From positions 4,917 to 68,916 of IMG/VR virus record IMGVR_UViG_2512047007_000001: a stretch of 64,000 nt of DNA; one strand, 5' to 3'. A model generated the notes under the pieces. That model was not told the DNA's origin. It made no database searches and saw only the letters and a program-made list of their open reading frames with translations. This DNA is from a virus. A program made the translations under genes and the position numbers. Numbering within the stretch: position 1 is the stretch's first letter; each line of letters opens with the position of its first letter. This document shows positions 18,192-27,743 of this stretch, in pieces.

Positions 18192-18306
18192 AGCCCCGAC
18201 CCGCGGTCGCACGCGGAGTCGGGGCTGCTGAAAAAGCGGCGGTGCCCGGTAGTCGCATACCGGGCACCGCCTCAACCCCGGCTCGTGGTCGCACACGAGG
18301 TCCGGG
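18192..18306 (+). promoter_or_regulatory. Three tandem GUCGCA-loop hairpins
   Basis: Loops at 18206, 18252 and 18288; unrelated stems, identical hexaloop. Confidence 0.7.
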
Positions 18307-18340
18307 CCGCCACCCCCTGCCGCTAACAGGAGATGACGCA

Positions 18341-18748
18341 ATGCAGCACTTTACGGGGCGTGTCCCCGTGACCTCTACGGCCGGGGGCGCCCAGCGCGCC
18401 GCCGTGGCCGTGGCCTCCCGGAGCGAGGTCGGGGAGGTGCTGGCCGCGATGGCCGGCCACTTCGCCGCCCGTCGGCCGGGGGACCGCATCACCCCCCTTT
18501 CCGTCCAGGCGTGCACCGCCGGGACCGTCTACAACCTCCGTGGGCGCACCTGCCGCAGCAGCGGCAAGGCCCTCTCGAAGGCCGTCGTGGACGCCCTCCC
18601 CGAGCCGGACCTCTCCAGCACCCGCGGCCAGTACGCGGCCCAGCTGGAGCACACCGCCGCGGCGTACGGCTGGGGCCCGGACGACGACAAGCCCGTCATC
18701 CCGAGCATCCCCCGGCCGCGCCCGAGCACGGGGAGGGCCGGCCAGTGA
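18341..18748 (+). CDS. Hypothetical protein
   Basis: RBS AGGAG; first gene after the hairpin leader. Confidence 0.65.
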   Translation: MQHFTGRVPVTSTAGGAQRAAVAVASRSEVGEVLAAMAGHFAARRPGDRITPLSVQACTAGTVYNLRGRTCRSSGKALSKAVVDALPEPDLSSTRGQYAAQLEHTAAAYGWGPDDDKPVIPSIPRPRPSTGRAGQ

Positions 18749-18921
18749 AGCTCAAGCCGAACAAGATCTTCGCCGAGCCCGCGACGGTGGAGGCGTGCCA
18801 GCAGGACCGGGGCACCGCCGCCGAGCGCGCGGCCCGGGCCGAGGACGCCACCGCGCAGCAGGAGAACACCCGCTGGCACGCCAAGGCCGCGGCCGAGGCC
18901 CCGAAGGGGCGTGCGCGGTGA
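18745..18921 (+). CDS. Small hypothetical protein
   Basis: Coupled ORF. Confidence 0.55.
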   Translation: MKLKPNKIFAEPATVEACQQDRGTAAERAARAEDATAQQENTRWHAKAAAEAPKGRAR

Positions 18922-19034
18922 CGTGCTGCGGGCGCGAGATGCGCAACGAGAACGGCGTCCTGGTCTGCGGCAAGTGCGGCAGCTCGTACCAGTCGTCCAC
19001 CACCGGAAAGCGCGCCCAGCCCCACGGGCGCTGA
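18918..19034 (+). CDS. Tiny Zn-ribbon peptide
   Basis: CCG...CGKC; coupled. Confidence 0.45.
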   Translation: MTCCGREMRNENGVLVCGKCGSSYQSSTTGKRAQPHGR

Positions 19035-19144
19035 CGCCCCCTCGCCCCACCACGAGACCGCCGTGGGCGGTGCCCCCTCTTCTTCCTTCTTCGCGCCGCC
19101 CACGGCGCCATTCCGCCATCCCGAAACCCCCCTTGGAGACCCCG

Positions 19145-19588
19145 ATGAACATCAAGCGCATCGCCAGCAACAGCGCCCTCGTCGCCACCCCGGTCGCGAT
19201 CGCTCTTGCCGCCACCCTGCTGATCCCGACCCCGGCCGCCGCCGACCCGCTCGCCCCGCCGACCGGCGGCTGCCCCGGCACCCGCGTCGGCACGTACAGC
19301 CTCAGCACCTCCAGCCACATCGAGATCTACTACTCGCCCGCCCAGGGCGGCACGAACTGCGTGAAGACCGTCTCCTCGAAGACGTCGGCGCGCTACCTCT
19401 ACGCGCAGGCCGCGCTCGTCGGCACCGGCCAGGTCAACTCGGACGAGGGCCTGTACCGGTCGTACGCCGGGCCGATCACCCTCACCGGCACCGACGGCCG
19501 GTGCATCTCCGTGGCAGCCAAGGCCAGCCCGAGCACACGCCCGGCCGAGGCGACCCGACGGTCGCTGGACGCCCTGCACTGCGGCTGA
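19145..19588 (+). CDS. Secreted spore-associated protein A (SapA)-like protein
   Basis: Signal peptide (PAAA/D); IYYS..GGTNCV, DEGLYRSYAGPI, GRCI, four Cys. Confidence 0.65.
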   Translation: MNIKRIASNSALVATPVAIALAATLLIPTPAAADPLAPPTGGCPGTRVGTYSLSTSSHIEIYYSPAQGGTNCVKTVSSKTSARYLYAQAALVGTGQVNSDEGLYRSYAGPITLTGTDGRCISVAAKASPSTRPAEATRRSLDALHCG

Positions 19589-19696
19589 CCCCCCCCAGCC
19601 CCGGCCCCGCACCCAGCGGGGGCCGCGACGACGCCGGATCGAAACCGCGCCCGGGGCACCAGAGCTCTCCCAGACCGACGCCTTCAGGAGCCCGCC

Positions 19697-20167
19697 ATGC
19701 TTCGCTTCCGCAGCACCCGCACCTCCACCACCCCCGAGGTCCTGGCCGCCCTCTGGGCCGACATCGCCGACCTCCGCCGCGACATCGCCCGAGACCGCGC
19801 CGAGCGGCACGAGGTCACCGAGTCGCTGCGCCACCAACTCGCGGAGGCCCGCGCGGCTCTCATCGCCGCCGAGACCGAGCGGGACGGCCTCCGCGCCCAG
19901 CAGCTCCTCGACACCGAAGACCGCGCCGCCCTGCGACTGCTCCTGCGCACCGCACGGAAGCAGCAGGCCGGACCGAGCCAGGTCTACGTCCTCACCCGCG
20001 ACCGGGCCTACCACAGCGCCCACATCACCCGGGACGCCGCCATGGATGCCGCCGCAGCCGCCGGCGCCCCCTGCGACGGGTGGTCCTCCCACCCGGTCGA
20101 CGCCGAACCGCCGCAGGGCAGCACGTCCTGGTCCATCCGGACCGTGCCGCTCGGAGACGCCTCGTGA
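19697..20167 (+). CDS. Coiled-coil hypothetical protein
   Basis: RBS AGGAG; heptad-rich. Confidence 0.7.
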   Translation: MLRFRSTRTSTTPEVLAALWADIADLRRDIARDRAERHEVTESLRHQLAEARAALIAAETERDGLRAQQLLDTEDRAALRLLLRTARKQQAGPSQVYVLTRDRAYHSAHITRDAAMDAAAAAGAPCDGWSSHPVDAEPPQGSTSWSIRTVPLGDAS

Positions 20168-20241
20168 TCCGGACCCTCGTCGTCCTGTCGCTGATCACCA
20201 GCCTCAGCCTCCTCTGCTGGACCGTCTACGCCGCCGCGTAG
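20164..20241 (+). CDS. 25-aa transmembrane peptide
   Basis: GTG overlaps upstream stop; fully hydrophobic. Confidence 0.4.
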   Translation: MIRTLVVLSLITSLSLLCWTVYAAA

Positions 20242-20283
20242 CCCCGACCCCGTACCCACCCACCTGAGTGCGAAAGGCGCACC

Positions 20284-21483
20284 ATGACCACCCCCCAAGA
20301 GCAGCAGCCGCGCGTACCTGGCGTCCGCTACCGCAAGGTACGGCGCACCCGTCAGGAGACCACGGTCATCGGCGGACGAGCGTCCACCCGGACCGTCGAG
20401 TACGACGCCTGGGTGCCCGAGCCCCCGCGGGACTGGGACGCGCTCATCCTGCGGGGCGCCATTGGTGTCGCCGTCGGCTTCACGGCCGTGGCGATCGTGG
20501 CGACCACCGCCAGCATCGGCGGGCTGCTGTCCTCGCTCGTCCCGACGGTCGTGGCGTACGGCATGGGCTGTGTTTTCGCAGCGGGATGGCTGTACTGCCT
20601 CGCAATCGAATGGCTCAACCGCACCCAGCCCAGCCGCGCGCTCCCCGCCCGGATCACCGGCTGGATCTTCCTGGCCTTCAGCATGGGGGCGGTCTACGCC
20701 TACGGCGCCCAGCTCGGGGTGCACTGGGCGGGCGGTATCGGCGCGTGCATCGACGTGCTCGCCAAAACCGCATGGTGGCTGCTCCTGCGCGAGTACGCGG
20801 TCCCGCTGTCCCCGGCCGTCGCGCACTGGGTCCACGACCAAGAACAGGCCCTTGCAGGGCAGTCCCTCCTCGCGACCCGCCTGCGGCGTCTCAACCGGCG
20901 CGCGGCGTACGACGAAGTTGTGGGCGGCGTCGAGTATCAGGCCGCGAGCGCGATCCTGGCGGCCGATGCCCGGCCGGCCGTCACTGGTGCTGCCCCTCAG
21001 ACGACGACCGAGGACACCGGCGGGGACAGGGCGGGGACGCCTGTCCCCGCTGCCCCCGTTGGTCCCGTCGCCCCTCCGGCTCCGGTGTCCCCCGCTGTCC
21101 CCCCGGCTCCGACCGGCCCGGTGTCCACGCCCACAGGGACAACGTCCGCCCCGGCGTCCCCGGCGTCCCCGCCCCCGGCGGACGTAGGCCCGTTCGTCAA
21201 GTCCCTCGGCTTCCCCGTCTCTCACGTCCCGGCCGCACCCCCTGCACCCCCGGCAGCCGCAGTGCAGGAGCCCACAGTGCAGCCGACGCCGACGGCACCG
21301 CTCCACGTCGTGGACGGCCCCCCGGTCAGCAAGACGGCGTTTATCCGATCCGTCCTCGCGGAGACCCCGGACATCGCCCTGGACGACCTCACCACCAAGG
21401 TCAGGGCGCAGTTCGGGGACAAGCCCGACCTCCGCAAGGACGTGCGGCGGCTCCAGGCCCGCATCGAGGGCCGCGCCTCCTGA
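20284..21483 (+). CDS. Four-TM protein with Pro-rich linker and C-terminal HTH-like domain (DUF2637/Spd-like)
   Basis: Hydrophobic helices, GGGGACA patch, KTAFIRSVLAETPDIALDDL. Confidence 0.7.
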   Translation: MTTPQEQQPRVPGVRYRKVRRTRQETTVIGGRASTRTVEYDAWVPEPPRDWDALILRGAIGVAVGFTAVAIVATTASIGGLLSSLVPTVVAYGMGCVFAAGWLYCLAIEWLNRTQPSRALPARITGWIFLAFSMGAVYAYGAQLGVHWAGGIGACIDVLAKTAWWLLLREYAVPLSPAVAHWVHDQEQALAGQSLLATRLRRLNRRAAYDEVVGGVEYQAASAILAADARPAVTGAAPQTTTEDTGGDRAGTPVPAAPVGPVAPPAPVSPAVPPAPTGPVSTPTGTTSAPASPASPPPADVGPFVKSLGFPVSHVPAAPPAPPAAAVQEPTVQPTPTAPLHVVDGPPVSKTAFIRSVLAETPDIALDDLTTKVRAQFGDKPDLRKDVRRLQARIEGRAS

Positions 21484-21535
21484 TCCCTCGTCCCTCCTGT
21501 CCCTTCCACCACCCCTTGACTGCCGGGAGTACGGC

Positions 21536-22672
21536 ATGACCACCCACCCCGAGACCGACGCCGACGAGGCCCGCATCCGGTCGCTCCTCATCGCGGCCGG
21601 CGTCGGCCCGCTCGCGGACCACCACACCGCCCCCGACACCACCGTGGACGCCGACCCGGCGCCGAACAGCGCGGGGCAAGGCGACGAGCCGGGCGCCGAC
21701 GACGAGACCGACTGGCGCGCCCGCCTCCTCCGCCTCACCGAGCGCCTCGAGGAGAGGGCCGGCGTGTCTCCGCCCACCCCGGTCGACGCCGACGAGGACC
21801 ACGACGACAAGGGTGACGAGGGCCAGGACGACGAGGACGAGGCCGCCCCGGCGGCCGGAGCGAACCGGATGCCGGACTGGCGGACCGGCGCCCACATCGA
21901 CCTCACCAAGCCCCAGCCGGACGACGCCGACGACGCGGACGACGACGCCCCCACGAAGGCGTCCGGCGGCGGGGGAGCGGACGCCGCCGCCGAGGACGAC
22001 GACCAGGACGACGACGCCGACGAGCAGGGCCACGACGCCGAGGGCGACCCGGAGGCGGGCCTCCCCTGGTGGCAGCGCACCGCCGGACGGCTGGAGCGCA
22101 AAGCCGGGGTGGAGCCCCCCGCCGGCACCGAGCCCCCGCCCGGCCCGGGAGGCAACGGCGGGGGAGACGACGACACGACCGGCGACGACGCGGGAGACGA
22201 CGACCACGCCCCGGCCGCCAAGAAGACCCCCGCCCCGAGCGGGGGCGGGGGAGCGGCACGGTTCTGGCCCTCGTGGGGCAGCGGCCGACGCCCCAAGTTC
22301 GACGCCCCCGGCCTCCACCAGGACCGCCGCTCCGTCCTCGACATCATCCGCTCCACGCCCCGCCACGTCTGGTGGCTCCTCTACTCCGGCAGCGCCGCCG
22401 CCGTCGGCTGGCACTTCGGCTGGCCCCAGTGGGTGAGCGGCGCCCTGCTCCGGCTGGAGACCACCCAGGCGTCGTGGACCACCGTCGACTGCATCACCAG
22501 CTACGCCCTCGCGGCCTGCGTTTTCGCGGTCGACTCCGCTACCCGGAAGTGGTTTTACCCCCTGGCCTGGGCCACCCGCGTTCCCACCGCCTCCCTCGTC
22601 CTCGGCTTCCTGCTGTGGGGCGACCCCACCCCGATCTCCGACCTGGTCACCCCTGAACGGACAAGCGCATGA
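21536..22672 (+). CDS. Acidic low-complexity protein with C-terminal TM segments
   Basis: Asp-rich tracts; duplicated W..R...RLE..AGV.PP motif. Confidence 0.7.
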   Translation: MTTHPETDADEARIRSLLIAAGVGPLADHHTAPDTTVDADPAPNSAGQGDEPGADDETDWRARLLRLTERLEERAGVSPPTPVDADEDHDDKGDEGQDDEDEAAPAAGANRMPDWRTGAHIDLTKPQPDDADDADDDAPTKASGGGGADAAAEDDDQDDDADEQGHDAEGDPEAGLPWWQRTAGRLERKAGVEPPAGTEPPPGPGGNGGGDDDTTGDDAGDDDHAPAAKKTPAPSGGGGAARFWPSWGSGRRPKFDAPGLHQDRRSVLDIIRSTPRHVWWLLYSGSAAAVGWHFGWPQWVSGALLRLETTQASWTTVDCITSYALAACVFAVDSATRKWFYPLAWATRVPTASLVLGFLLWGDPTPISDLVTPERTSA

Positions 22673-23076
22673 GCTTCCTCGCTGGCATCGGCCTCTTCGG
22701 TCTCGCCGCCATCCTGACTGTTGTCCTCTGGTTCGGAAGCAAGGAGAACGAGGGGGGAAAGGTCAAGCTGTCGTGGGGCTGGTGCCTCGGCCTCAGCCTC
22801 CTCGCCGGTGTCTCATACTCCGCCGCGGGCTTCCCCTTCGACCTCATCGGCTCCGCGATCAACGACCTGCTCGGCGTCGTCTCGGCTGTCGCGCCCGACC
22901 TCAAGATGCCTGCCTTGGCCGCTCTTATGCTCGCGCTCGCGATGTTCCGAAAGTTCACGAAGCGCGGCATTAGCTGCCTGTGCATCGTGTGGATTCACGT
23001 CGCCACCGGGGCCGGCGGACCGTACGCCCGGTTCGCCGCCGCGCTGGCCGACGCCGCGGAGAGGCTGGCCGCATGA
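22669..23076 (+). CDS. Multi-TM membrane protein
   Basis: Hydrophobic; coupled. Confidence 0.75.
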   Translation: MSFLAGIGLFGLAAILTVVLWFGSKENEGGKVKLSWGWCLGLSLLAGVSYSAAGFPFDLIGSAINDLLGVVSAVAPDLKMPALAALMLALAMFRKFTKRGISCLCIVWIHVATGAGGPYARFAAALADAAERLAA

Positions 23077-24401
23077 CCACCGTCGAGCAGCTGGGGGAGG
23101 GGGCCGTCCTCCCGGCCCCTACGCGCCTCCCTGAGGCCCCCGCCCCGGTCGAGGCCCCCGCCCCGGCCGGGGCGGGCCCGTCCCGCCCCCACGGGCCCCT
23201 CACCACCGCCGTGGAGACCGGCGACCCTGCGGGGGAGCAGCCCCTCCCGGACCAGGCCGACAGCGCGAAGGACGCCGAGCCGGAGGACACCGAGGAGCCC
23301 GGCCCTCGCCGTGCCCTGGCGATGCCGGCGCTCCGCCCGTACCTGCCCGACCGCACCACCCCACGCATCCTCGCCCGGGAGGCCGTGGCCACCGCCCGCA
23401 GTGCGCACCGTGCACGGCGCGCCGGACGGCTCGCCGTACGGGCCACCGCCTACCTCGTCCGGCGCGGCCTCCGGCTCCTCCGCGACTGCGCCACCGTCCT
23501 CTACATCGCCGCCGCCGCCTGGTGCACCGGAAAGGTCGGCAAGCGCTTCCACCCCCTCGTCCGCCTTATCGCCATTCCGGGCGGCACCGTATACGCGCTC
23601 ATCCAGTCCCCTCGTGACGTCCAGATCGGCGCACTAATCGTCGTGCTCGCCGTCGTCGTCCTTACGGCGATGGCCGTATCCCGGAAGGCGGATGCCAACT
23701 CGGAGGAGGAGCCGGTTAAGGCTGCGGAGAAGTCCACCGAGAAGACCGAAGAGGAGGGCGCCGGAAAGGCCGAGAAGAAGGCCACCGGAAAGGGGAAGCG
23801 GACCCCCAAGGGCGGGAAGAAGGCGCGGCCCGCCTGGTCCCTCGCGGGGGCCCTGGAAAGCGCCCTCGCCCGACCCGCCCCCGACTCCCCCGCCGGCCCC
23901 TCCCCGCAGACCCCCGCCGAGCCCTCGGGTGAGGCCCCGCAGGAGCCCCCACAGGAGGCCCCGCAGGAGGCCCCGGCCCCGCCTTCCCGGGACGACCTCG
24001 CGCGCTCCCTCCACGCCCACCTGCGGGGCGCCCGCGGGGTCCTCCTCACCACCCTCCAGGAGGCCCACAACCTCCCCTCCACCAAGGCCGTGAAAGCGGC
24101 CCTCGACGGGGCCGGCATCCGGCACCGGGAGGGGGTCCGCGCAGCGGTCCTCGACGGGGGCCAGGTGAAGCGGAAGAACGGGCCCGGCGTACACCTGGAA
24201 GACATCCCCCCACTGCCGACCTCCCGAGAGGGGTCCCCTGTAGGCGTTGTTGCCGCAGGTCAGGAGCCAACGCCAACGCCAACAACACCCGGAGAGGCCC
24301 CCGAGAAGGGGTTGAGTGCACAGGGCACCGATCTTCCCTTCGACGTCGTCCCCGACCCCGAGCGCGGCCCCTCCGCGTGGAAGGTGATTCAGCGCCCCTG
24401 A
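23073..24401 (+). CDS. Membrane protein with Pro-rich and charged linkers
   Basis: Central TM helices; coupled. Confidence 0.7.
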   Translation: MTTVEQLGEGAVLPAPTRLPEAPAPVEAPAPAGAGPSRPHGPLTTAVETGDPAGEQPLPDQADSAKDAEPEDTEEPGPRRALAMPALRPYLPDRTTPRILAREAVATARSAHRARRAGRLAVRATAYLVRRGLRLLRDCATVLYIAAAAWCTGKVGKRFHPLVRLIAIPGGTVYALIQSPRDVQIGALIVVLAVVVLTAMAVSRKADANSEEEPVKAAEKSTEKTEEEGAGKAEKKATGKGKRTPKGGKKARPAWSLAGALESALARPAPDSPAGPSPQTPAEPSGEAPQEPPQEAPQEAPAPPSRDDLARSLHAHLRGARGVLLTTLQEAHNLPSTKAVKAALDGAGIRHREGVRAAVLDGGQVKRKNGPGVHLEDIPPLPTSREGSPVGVVAAGQEPTPTPTTPGEAPEKGLSAQGTDLPFDVVPDPERGPSAWKVIQRP

Positions 24402-24488
24402 CGCCCCCGGCCCGGCTATCGTCAGTACCCCGCCCCGGCGCGACCCTCGCGCCGCACCGCCCCGCACAGCCGCTCCCCGGAGGACACG

Positions 24489-24731
24489 ATGGCCCAGTCC
24501 CAGTACCGGTGCACACAGTGCCGCGAGACCTCCCCGCCGGTCGGCCGGCAGGAGCTCGACCGCATCCGCGCCCGGCACCGCCGAGTGGCGCACGGGGGCC
24601 TCATCCCGGACGGGGAGCAGGTGATCGAGGAGCCCCGCGTCCGGCTGGTCGACATGCCCAGGCCGCAGAAGATCGCGTGCGTGCTCCTCCTGGCATTCAT
24701 CGTCTTCGCGTGGGCCACGGGAATGCTGTAG
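24489..24731 (+). CDS. Small Zn-finger protein with C-terminal TM anchor
   Basis: YRCTQC...RHRRVAH; RBS GGAGG. Confidence 0.7.
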   Translation: MAQSQYRCTQCRETSPPVGRQELDRIRARHRRVAHGGLIPDGEQVIEEPRVRLVDMPRPQKIACVLLLAFIVFAWATGML

Positions 24732-24739
24732 GGGCGCGG

Positions 24740-24787
24740 GAAAGCCGAAAGGCCGCACAGTGCGCACTGTGCGGCCTTTCGGCTTTC
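24740..24787. terminator. Perfect 48-bp palindrome, bidirectional terminator
   Basis: GAAAGCCGAAAGGCCGCACAGTGC|GCACTGTGCGGCCTTTCGGCTTTC between convergent genes. Confidence 0.8.
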
Positions 24788-24803
24788 TCACGGGGCGGGA
24801 GTA

Positions 24804-25301
24804 TCAGGAGGATCGGCTTTCCCGATGCCTCTTCGTGGAGGCGCTGCGGGCAATCTCGCCGATCCAGTTCCGGTCATAGGGGACATGGGCCGACATCTCT
24901 TCCGGGGTGGCGCCGGCCTCGTATTCGGTCACGATCTCCTTGTGCACGAGCGGACGGGTCCGCTCGATAGCGCCTTCCGCCCGCTCCCATACGGCGGTGA
25001 GCTGGTCGAGTTCGGCCAGGGCGGCGGCCTGGACCTCCGGGTCGTACTTGGGCGGCGGGCCGACGGCGCGCGGGCCTCGAAGGGCCGGGATTTCGGCGCG
25101 GCGCCCCAGCTCCCCGATCCAGTTCCGGTCGTAGGGGGTGTGCGCGGCGATCTTTCCGGGCGGGGCGCTGCGGGACCGGAGGTGCCTGAGGATCGCGTCA
25201 TGTAGGGCATCGCGGGCGGTGGCCTGGTCGGCCTCGGCCTTTTCGAGGGCCGCGGCAAGCTTCTTCAGCCGGGTGAAGGGCCGGGGGCGGGTGGGGGTCA
25301 T
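24804..25301 (-). CDS. Tandem-duplicated HTH regulator
   Basis: H(T/V)PYDRNWIGE occurs twice; divergent from the 25376 promoter. Confidence 0.7.
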   Translation of the reverse strand: MTPTRPRPFTRLKKLAAALEKAEADQATARDALHDAILRHLRSRSAPPGKIAAHTPYDRNWIGELGRRAEIPALRGPRAVGPPPKYDPEVQAAALAELDQLTAVWERAEGAIERTRPLVHKEIVTEYEAGATPEEMSAHVPYDRNWIGEIARSASTKRHRESRSS

Positions 25302-25365
25302 GGCGAGCACTATGCCATCCGGGTTTACAAAGCGGCAAGGCTAAGGGGGCGGCGAGCCGTCCAGC

Positions 25366-25404
25366 GCTAAGCGCGTTGACATTGCAAAGTGGCTGTGCTT
25401 ATCT
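25366..25404 (+). promoter_or_regulatory. Conserved early promoter
   Basis: GCTAAGC-N3-TTGACATTGCAAA-N4-CTGTGC; same layout at 28055. Confidence 0.65.
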
Positions 25405-25452
25405 AGTGGTGCGCGGGGTCGCCGGGACCCCGCCCAGCACGAGGAGCCGGAC

Positions 25453-26484
25453 ATGCCCCGCACGATCACCCGCCCCCAGGCCGAGGCCCTGCGCACCGCC
25501 GCTCCCATCACCGAGTGGCAGGACCTCCCCGACGCGCACCCCCTGGCCCGTCTCAAGGCACGCCGGGTGACCGGCGCCCGCCGCTCCACCGTCGACGTCC
25601 TCAAGCGCCTGGGCCTGGTCGAGGACGCGGAGGCCGGCACCAGCGAGACGACCGGCCGCCCCTGGACCGTCGTGACCGCACTCACCCCCGCCGGCGAAGC
25701 CCTCGCCGCCACCCTGGAAGAGGGCGGCCCGCTCCCCACCCTGGACGCCGTCGCCACCGCCGTTGCCGCACAGACCGCCCCGGCCGCCGCCGACCAGCCC
25801 GCCACCCCCGGCGACGTCGTCCGCCCCGGCGTCACGATCCGCAAGGACGGCCGCTCGCAGTGGACCGTGGAGCGCGACGGCCACATGGGCGTCATCCACG
25901 ACGAGAAGGGCATGACCCGCGGCCGGTGGGCCGCCTGGTCCCCCTTCGCCCGCACCCGCCACAGCATCGCCGCGTTCACCGACGACCCGGCCGAGGCCGT
26001 AGACGCGATCCTCGCCACCCTCCCCGTCCTCGTCTCCACCCTCGCCGCCACCAGCGGCCACACCGCGGCGGACATCCTGGACGAGGCCGGCACCCTCGCC
26101 GCCGAGTGGGCCGACCAGGGCCCCCGCGCCGTCCACCACACCCCGGTCGACGGCGGCCGGACGGAGCTGTCCGGCCCGGCCGCCCTCGTCATCCTCGACG
26201 CCCTCACAACCCCCGCCACCGAAGCGCCGGCCGAGGAGCCCGCCCCCGTCCCCGCCGAGCCGGAGTGGCGCACCCTCAAGGGCCTCACCGCCCCGTTCTT
26301 CATCTGGGGCACGGAAGACGAGCGCAGCTGGCGCCCCGCCGGGGACCGGGAGCAGTGCACCGGCGACCCGCTCCGCATCGAGCGCACGTGGATGCGCGGA
26401 ACCCGGTACGCCGAGGACACGGCCGGCCGGGAGATTCACCTCTGGGGCGTCGCGACCAAGTATTGGGCCGCCCCCGCGGCCTGA
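25453..26484 (+). CDS. Multidomain hypothetical protein
   Basis: RBS GAGGAG; strong codon bias. Confidence 0.8.
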   Translation: MPRTITRPQAEALRTAAPITEWQDLPDAHPLARLKARRVTGARRSTVDVLKRLGLVEDAEAGTSETTGRPWTVVTALTPAGEALAATLEEGGPLPTLDAVATAVAAQTAPAAADQPATPGDVVRPGVTIRKDGRSQWTVERDGHMGVIHDEKGMTRGRWAAWSPFARTRHSIAAFTDDPAEAVDAILATLPVLVSTLAATSGHTAADILDEAGTLAAEWADQGPRAVHHTPVDGGRTELSGPAALVILDALTTPATEAPAEEPAPVPAEPEWRTLKGLTAPFFIWGTEDERSWRPAGDREQCTGDPLRIERTWMRGTRYAEDTAGREIHLWGVATKYWAAPAA

Positions 26485-26620
26485 CCCCCTCTGCCACGGG
26501 CCGGGGGCCGCCTACCCCCGGCCCGGCCCCACCCGGGCACCCTCCGGACCGCCCGCCCCCCGGCGGACCGCCCGGAGGGTGCCCGGACACCAGAGTCCGC
26601 ACCTCGACCACGGAGGAACC

Positions 26621-27703
26621 GTGACCACCCAGACCGCCCCGGCCACCTTCCAGGCCGGCGACCGCATCCTCTGCGCGGACGGCGTCGCCCGCACCGTCCG
26701 CGCCATGGCCCCGCTCACCGCCGGCGAGCCCGTCCGCGTCGTCGTGGAGGACGGAACGGAGTGGGCCGCGCTCACCTGCCGGCGCGCCAACCAGGAGGAC
26801 CTGGCCGCCGCCCGCCTCCTCGCGTCCGCATCCGCCGCCCGCGTCCGCCTGGCCGACCCGGACGCCCCCCAGTGGCGCGCCGCCCTCGCCGACCTTGGCG
26901 CCGCAGAGGACTACCTCAAGGACGCCGACCCGGACCCGCGGGTCCGCGCCGCCATGGCCGAGGGGGAAGCATCCGCCGCCCGGACCCTGGCTGAGATCGG
27001 CATGCAGACGGCCGCCGTGGAGACGCCGGAGGAGACCGCCCTCCGCGAGGAGCTGGCCGCCCTCTTCACAGCCCTGGCAGGGGACCGCAACGCTCACTGC
27101 TTCCAGCCCGTCCACCTCCGCGGCGCGGACCACCCGGCGGCCTGGACATACCGCACCGGCTACGGCTCCGCCGCCCGGTACGGGTGGATCACCGCCCGCA
27201 CCGGGGAGCAGTGCACCGCGCCGGTGGAGTACCGGTGGCGGGCGGAGGAGGCCGCCGTGACGGCCGTAAAGGCGGAGGACCGCGCCGCCGCCTCGCCGGC
27301 ATTCGCCTTCACCGCCATGTCTCCGGCCGACCTCCGCGTGGCCCTCGACCACTTCCGCGACCGCGCCGCACGCACCCGCGGCACTGCCCCGCGTTACGTC
27401 CTGGACGACAACGTGGCGGCGGCCCTCAAGGTGCTGGACGCCGCCACCTTCGCAGAGGTCCCCGACGGCTTCACCCCGGAGTCCATGGAGGACGTGGACG
27501 TGGACGTGACCGGACTCGTGGTCCAGCCCCTCGCCGCGACCGGCGTGACGGCGTACTGGGTGGAGAACGGCCGCCATGTCGCCCTGTCCGGCCGCCCGCA
27601 CACGGCGCAGCTCAGGAGCATCCGCCGGATGTTCGAGGAGGCCGGGTGGTCGCTCGCCCCCGGCAGCGGCTGTGCGGTGAGCGCCTACCGGCCCACCACC
27701 TGA
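26621..27703 (+). CDS. Multidomain hypothetical protein
   Basis: RBS GGAGG plus GTG. Confidence 0.75.
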   Translation: MTTQTAPATFQAGDRILCADGVARTVRAMAPLTAGEPVRVVVEDGTEWAALTCRRANQEDLAAARLLASASAARVRLADPDAPQWRAALADLGAAEDYLKDADPDPRVRAAMAEGEASAARTLAEIGMQTAAVETPEETALREELAALFTALAGDRNAHCFQPVHLRGADHPAAWTYRTGYGSAARYGWITARTGEQCTAPVEYRWRAEEAAVTAVKAEDRAAASPAFAFTAMSPADLRVALDHFRDRAARTRGTAPRYVLDDNVAAALKVLDAATFAEVPDGFTPESMEDVDVDVTGLVVQPLAATGVTAYWVENGRHVALSGRPHTAQLRSIRRMFEEAGWSLAPGSGCAVSAYRPTT

Positions 27704-27743
27704 CCCCACGCACCCGACCCGCCTACCGCCACCAGGAGGACAC

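Noticed and set aside
18192-18306. Possible tRNA or att site
   Set aside because: No cloverleaf, T-loop (TTCGA) or CCA end; these are three independent hairpins.
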